This document shows positions 60,641 through 64,000 of a DNA stretch of 64,000 nucleotides, in pieces. Positions within the stretch are counted from its first letter, which is position 1, and every line of letters starts with the position of its first letter. The stretch is from assembly GCA_047602405.1 (NCBI GenBank), contig JASGHJ010000001.1:1152001-1216000 (forward strand). The letters are read 5' to 3'. The position numbers were made by a program, and so were the translations under genes. Under the pieces are notes generated by a model that saw only the letters and a list, made by a program, of their open reading frames with translations, had not been told where the DNA came from and ran no database searches. The stretch is from Anaeromyxobacteraceae bacterium. Lineage in GTDB: Bacteria > Myxococcota > Myxococcia > Myxococcales > Anaeromyxobacteraceae.

Positions 60641-62773
60641 ATGACCGCCTCGTCCACGCGCCTCACCGTGCGCACGGCACTCGCCGTGCTCGCGCTCGCC
60701 TCGGGTTCGCTCGCATGCGGCAGCCGCGCTCCGGAGAAGGCCGCCGCCGCCACGACCCGCACGCAGGCGAGCGCCGCGGTCGCGACCGCGTGCGGCGGCG
60801 CCCAGACCTGCACGCCGACCGACGCGCACGCGCGTCACCAGGCGAACGGCCTCGACTGCGTCTCCTGCCACCCGTGCGGCGGTCAGTTCGGCTTCAAGGT
60901 GGGCTACACGTTCCCGGGCGGCACGACGATCCTCCCGACCGACCACTACACGCCGGCCTCCGGCGGAACGCCGGCCTCCTGCACCGTCGCCTGCCACGCG
61001 CCGATGGGCTCCCCGTCCGCGCCGGTGACCTGGAACGCGGCCTCGCCGCTCGCGTGCGTCGGCTGCCACGACGTCTCGGCGATGCTCCAGCGCTTCCCGA
61101 ACCACCCCGCCGTCTCCCCCACCGCCTCGCGCGCCGACTGCGAGGTGTGCCACAGCATGGACGCGCACACGACCGGCACGGTGAAGCTGCAGGGCCACCC
61201 CGCCGCGTGGATGGACCGCGCGAGCGCCGGCTTCCACGCGCCCGTGGCGAACCGTGGCCTCACGGCCTGCAAGGCCTGCCACCGCGCCGACCTCTCGGGC
61301 GGCCTCACGAACGTCGCCTGCACGGGCTGTCACCGCGCGAACGGCACCGCGAACGACTTCGCGAAGTGCACGGCGTGCCACGGCGGCACCCAGAACGCGA
61401 CCGGTGCGCCGCCCGCGGCGATCTGGGGCTTCGCGGGTGACCCGAACCGCGGCGGCGGGACCGCCGACCCGATCCGCGTGGGCGCGCACACCGCGCACGT
61501 CACCGCCGGCGCGTACGGCCCGGCCTTTGGCTGCGAGACCTGCCACGTCACCCCGCCGAGCATCGTCGCGCCCGGCCACATCGACGACACCGCTGGCGCC
61601 CCGCTCGCCTCGGTCACCTTCGGTGGCGTCGCCGTGAACGGCGGCCCGACGCCGGGCTGGACCCGCGGCACCGCGACCTGCTCGAACACCTACTGCCACG
61701 GCGCCTCGCTGCCCGGCGGCGGGCTCACGAACCCGGTCTGGACCGCCGGCGCGGGCCAGGTCTACTGCGGCAGCTGCCACGGCGTGCCGCCGCCGACCCC
61801 GCACGTCCCCGTCGACACGACGAACGGCTTCGGCGTCTGCAGCCCGTGCCACACCGACACCGTGGACGCCGCGGGCCACATCATCGCGGCGAGCGCGGGC
61901 GGCAAGCACCTCGACGGCTTCCTCGAGGCCTCCGGCCACGACGCGAACTGGATGGACCGCGCGAGCCCCGGCTTCCACGCCTTCGCGGCGAACCGCGGCC
62001 TCGACAACTGCAAGCCGTGCCACGGCGACCAGCTCGAGGGCGGCTCGGTCCGCACCGCCTGCACGCAGTGCCACAAGCCCGGCGGCCCGGGCAACGACTT
62101 CGCCACCTGCACGGCCTGCCACGGCGGCACGCTCGACGCGACCGGCGCGCCGCCCGCGGCCATCTGGGGCTACGCCGGTGATCCGCTCCGCGGCGGCGGC
62201 ACCGCCGACCCGCTCCGCGTCGGCGCGCACCGCAAGCACGTCGCGCAGACCACCGGCAAGGCGATCGACTGCGCCGCGTGCCACGTGAAGCCGGCGACCT
62301 GGACGGATCCGACCCACGTCGACGACGCCACGCCGCGCGCCACCGTCACGTTCGCCGGGGCGGTCGGCACCGTGCCCGCGGGCGCGACGCCGACCTGGAA
62401 CCGCGACGCGGGCAGCTGCGCGGCCACGTACTGCCACGGCAACTACTCGGGCGAGTTCCACTACACGACCTGGGACTGGGGCACCGACAGCGCGGTCGAC
62501 AACGTCTTCACGTACGTCGGCAAGCAGGCCACGCCGGGCTGGGCCGACGGCGGGCTCACCTGCGCCTCCTGCCACGGCAACCCCCCGTCGGGCGGCACCT
62601 GGCACACCCCGTACCACGGCAACAACGTGGCCTACACGAAGTGCCAGGTCTGCCACCCCGACGCGTCGACGTCGGCCACGGGCGCGAACGTCATCACGAA
62701 CGCCGCGCTGCACATCGACGGCAAGGTGGACGTGCAGCCGGTGTGGGTGAACCGCTGCTTCGGCTGCCACTGA
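60641..62773 (+). CDS. Multiheme c-type cytochrome lipoprotein (CxxCH/CxxxxCH family), 19 predicted hemes
   Basis: SLAC lipobox; 16 CxxCH, 1 Cx3CH and 2 Cx4CH counted. Confidence 0.92.
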   Translation: MTASSTRLTVRTALAVLALASGSLACGSRAPEKAAAATTRTQASAAVATACGGAQTCTPTDAHARHQANGLDCVSCHPCGGQFGFKVGYTFPGGTTILPTDHYTPASGGTPASCTVACHAPMGSPSAPVTWNAASPLACVGCHDVSAMLQRFPNHPAVSPTASRADCEVCHSMDAHTTGTVKLQGHPAAWMDRASAGFHAPVANRGLTACKACHRADLSGGLTNVACTGCHRANGTANDFAKCTACHGGTQNATGAPPAAIWGFAGDPNRGGGTADPIRVGAHTAHVTAGAYGPAFGCETCHVTPPSIVAPGHIDDTAGAPLASVTFGGVAVNGGPTPGWTRGTATCSNTYCHGASLPGGGLTNPVWTAGAGQVYCGSCHGVPPPTPHVPVDTTNGFGVCSPCHTDTVDAAGHIIAASAGGKHLDGFLEASGHDANWMDRASPGFHAFAANRGLDNCKPCHGDQLEGGSVRTACTQCHKPGGPGNDFATCTACHGGTLDATGAPPAAIWGYAGDPLRGGGTADPLRVGAHRKHVAQTTGKAIDCAACHVKPATWTDPTHVDDATPRATVTFAGAVGTVPAGATPTWNRDAGSCAATYCHGNYSGEFHYTTWDWGTDSAVDNVFTYVGKQATPGWADGGLTCASCHGNPPSGGTWHTPYHGNNVAYTKCQVCHPDASTSATGANVITNAALHIDGKVDVQPVWVNRCFGCH

Positions 62774-62876
62774 CGCTCGCTCGAGCGGCAGCACGGTGAG
62801 CCGGCGGGGCCGCGCCTCCGGGCGCAGCCCCGCCCGCCCCTGTTCCCGCGCCGCGCCGCGGGCGTAGCATCGTCGC

Positions 62877-63908
62877 GTGGCGACGGCGCTCCACGAGGCC
62901 CGCTGGTGGTCGCCCGTGCCCGATCGGCCGGGCGCGGTCCGCTGCGAGCTCTGCCCGCGCGGTTGCCGGCTCGCCGACGGTCAGGCGGGCTTCTGCGCGG
63001 TCCGCGCAAATGCGGGCGGCCGGCTCGTGCTCTCGACCTGGGGCCGGACGACCGGCTTCGCCCTCGACCCCATCGAGAAGAAGCCGCTCTCGCACTTCCT
63101 GCCCGGCGCGCGGGTCCTCTCGTTCGGCACCGCGGGCTGCAACCTCGGCTGCCGCTTCTGCCAGAACTGGTCGATCTCGAAGGCCGAGCTCGACCTCGTC
63201 GCGTCGGAAGCGGAGTGGACCCCCGACCGCGTCGTCGCCCTCGCCCGGGCGCGCGGGGCCCCGGGGCTCGCGTTCACCTACAACGACCCGATCATCTGGG
63301 CGGAGTACGCGCTCGACGTCGCGGCCGCCGCGCACGCCGCCGGGCTCTTCACGGTCTTCGTCACGAACGGCTACGTGTCGCCCGCGGTGCGCGCCGAGGT
63401 CTTCGGCGGGATGGACGCCGCGAACGTCGACCTCAAGGCGTTCACCGAAAGCTTCTACGCGCGCCAGACGCTCTCGCACCTCGCGCCGGTGCTCGACACG
63501 CTCGAGTGGCTGGCCCGCGACGGCAGGACCTGGGTGGAGGTCACGAACCTCGTCATCCCCGGCCTGAACGACGCGCCCGGCGAGACGCGCGACCTCGCGC
63601 GCTGGCTCGTCGACCACATGGGGCCGGACGTGCCGCTCCACCTCTCGGCGTTCCACCCCTCGTACCGGCTCACCGACCGGCCACGCACGCCGCCCGCCAC
63701 GCTCGTGCGCGCCCGCGAGGTCGCGATGGCCGCAGGGCTCCGGTACGTCTACACGGGGAACGTGCACGACCCGGCCGGCCAGACCACTTACTGCCCGGGC
63801 TGCGGCGCGGTGGTGATCGAGCGGGACGGCTACGCGGTCGGGGCGGTGCGGCTCGCGGGCGGCGCGTGCGCCGCCTGCGGGGCGCGGATCGCGGGGCGGT
63901 TCGGCTGA
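62877..63908 (+). CDS. amrS: AmmeMemoRadiSam system radical SAM enzyme
   Basis: CELCPRGC...FC, DPIEKKPL, GCNLGCRFCQNW, YVYTGN, CPGC. Confidence 0.9.
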   Translation: MATALHEARWWSPVPDRPGAVRCELCPRGCRLADGQAGFCAVRANAGGRLVLSTWGRTTGFALDPIEKKPLSHFLPGARVLSFGTAGCNLGCRFCQNWSISKAELDLVASEAEWTPDRVVALARARGAPGLAFTYNDPIIWAEYALDVAAAAHAAGLFTVFVTNGYVSPAVRAEVFGGMDAANVDLKAFTESFYARQTLSHLAPVLDTLEWLARDGRTWVEVTNLVIPGLNDAPGETRDLARWLVDHMGPDVPLHLSAFHPSYRLTDRPRTPPATLVRAREVAMAAGLRYVYTGNVHDPAGQTTYCPGCGAVVIERDGYAVGAVRLAGGACAACGARIAGRFG

Positions 63909-63926
63909 GCTGCGTTCCTGCCCGGG

Positions 63927-64000
63927 CTACGGGCTGGCGTCGTCCGGCAGGGCGATGCCGCACGCGATCTTGCCCTGCTCGCTCGAGACCCACGTGCAGA
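63927..64000 (-). CDS. 3' end of an unknown gene entering from the right edge
   Basis: ...CTWVSSEQGKIACGIALPDDASP* with GC3-rich codons. Confidence 0.4.
   Translation of the reverse strand, partial: CTWVSSEQGKIACGIALPDDASP

Overview
High-GC chromosomal segment whose gene content and promoter style fit a myxobacterium (Anaeromyxobacter-like; this is an inference). It is mostly housekeeping: RluA-family synthase, PBP1A, an MCP, tatB/tatC, thiolase, YgiQ radical SAM, bioA/bioD, HtrA protease, thiE/thiD, dnaB, mgtE, metH and amrS. These are interspersed with many large secreted lipoproteins, an ECF sigma factor/Ser-Thr kinase module and a 19-heme cytochrome. I saw no tRNA, rRNA, CRISPR array or mobile element. 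The most notable observations are: (1) a translationally coupled three-gene operon of a 92-aa protein, a 49-aa peptide (MIGFPINP + basic tail) and a SagB/ThcOx-type oxidase with no YcaO in the window, a candidate new peptide-modification system; (2) an exported rhodanese with an in-frame UGA in a UxxC motif followed by a SECIS-like hairpin (probable selenoprotein missed by the ORF track); (3) five frameshifts that are all single-base insertions converting GATC to GAATC/GATTC, suggesting a modified-GATC sequencing signature; (4) a ~76-nt sRNA with C-rich loops and its own sigma70-type promoter and terminator; (5) nine helically phased DnaA-box-like motifs directly upstream of dnaB; (6) a lipoprotein with thrombospondin-like EGF and TSP_C domains.
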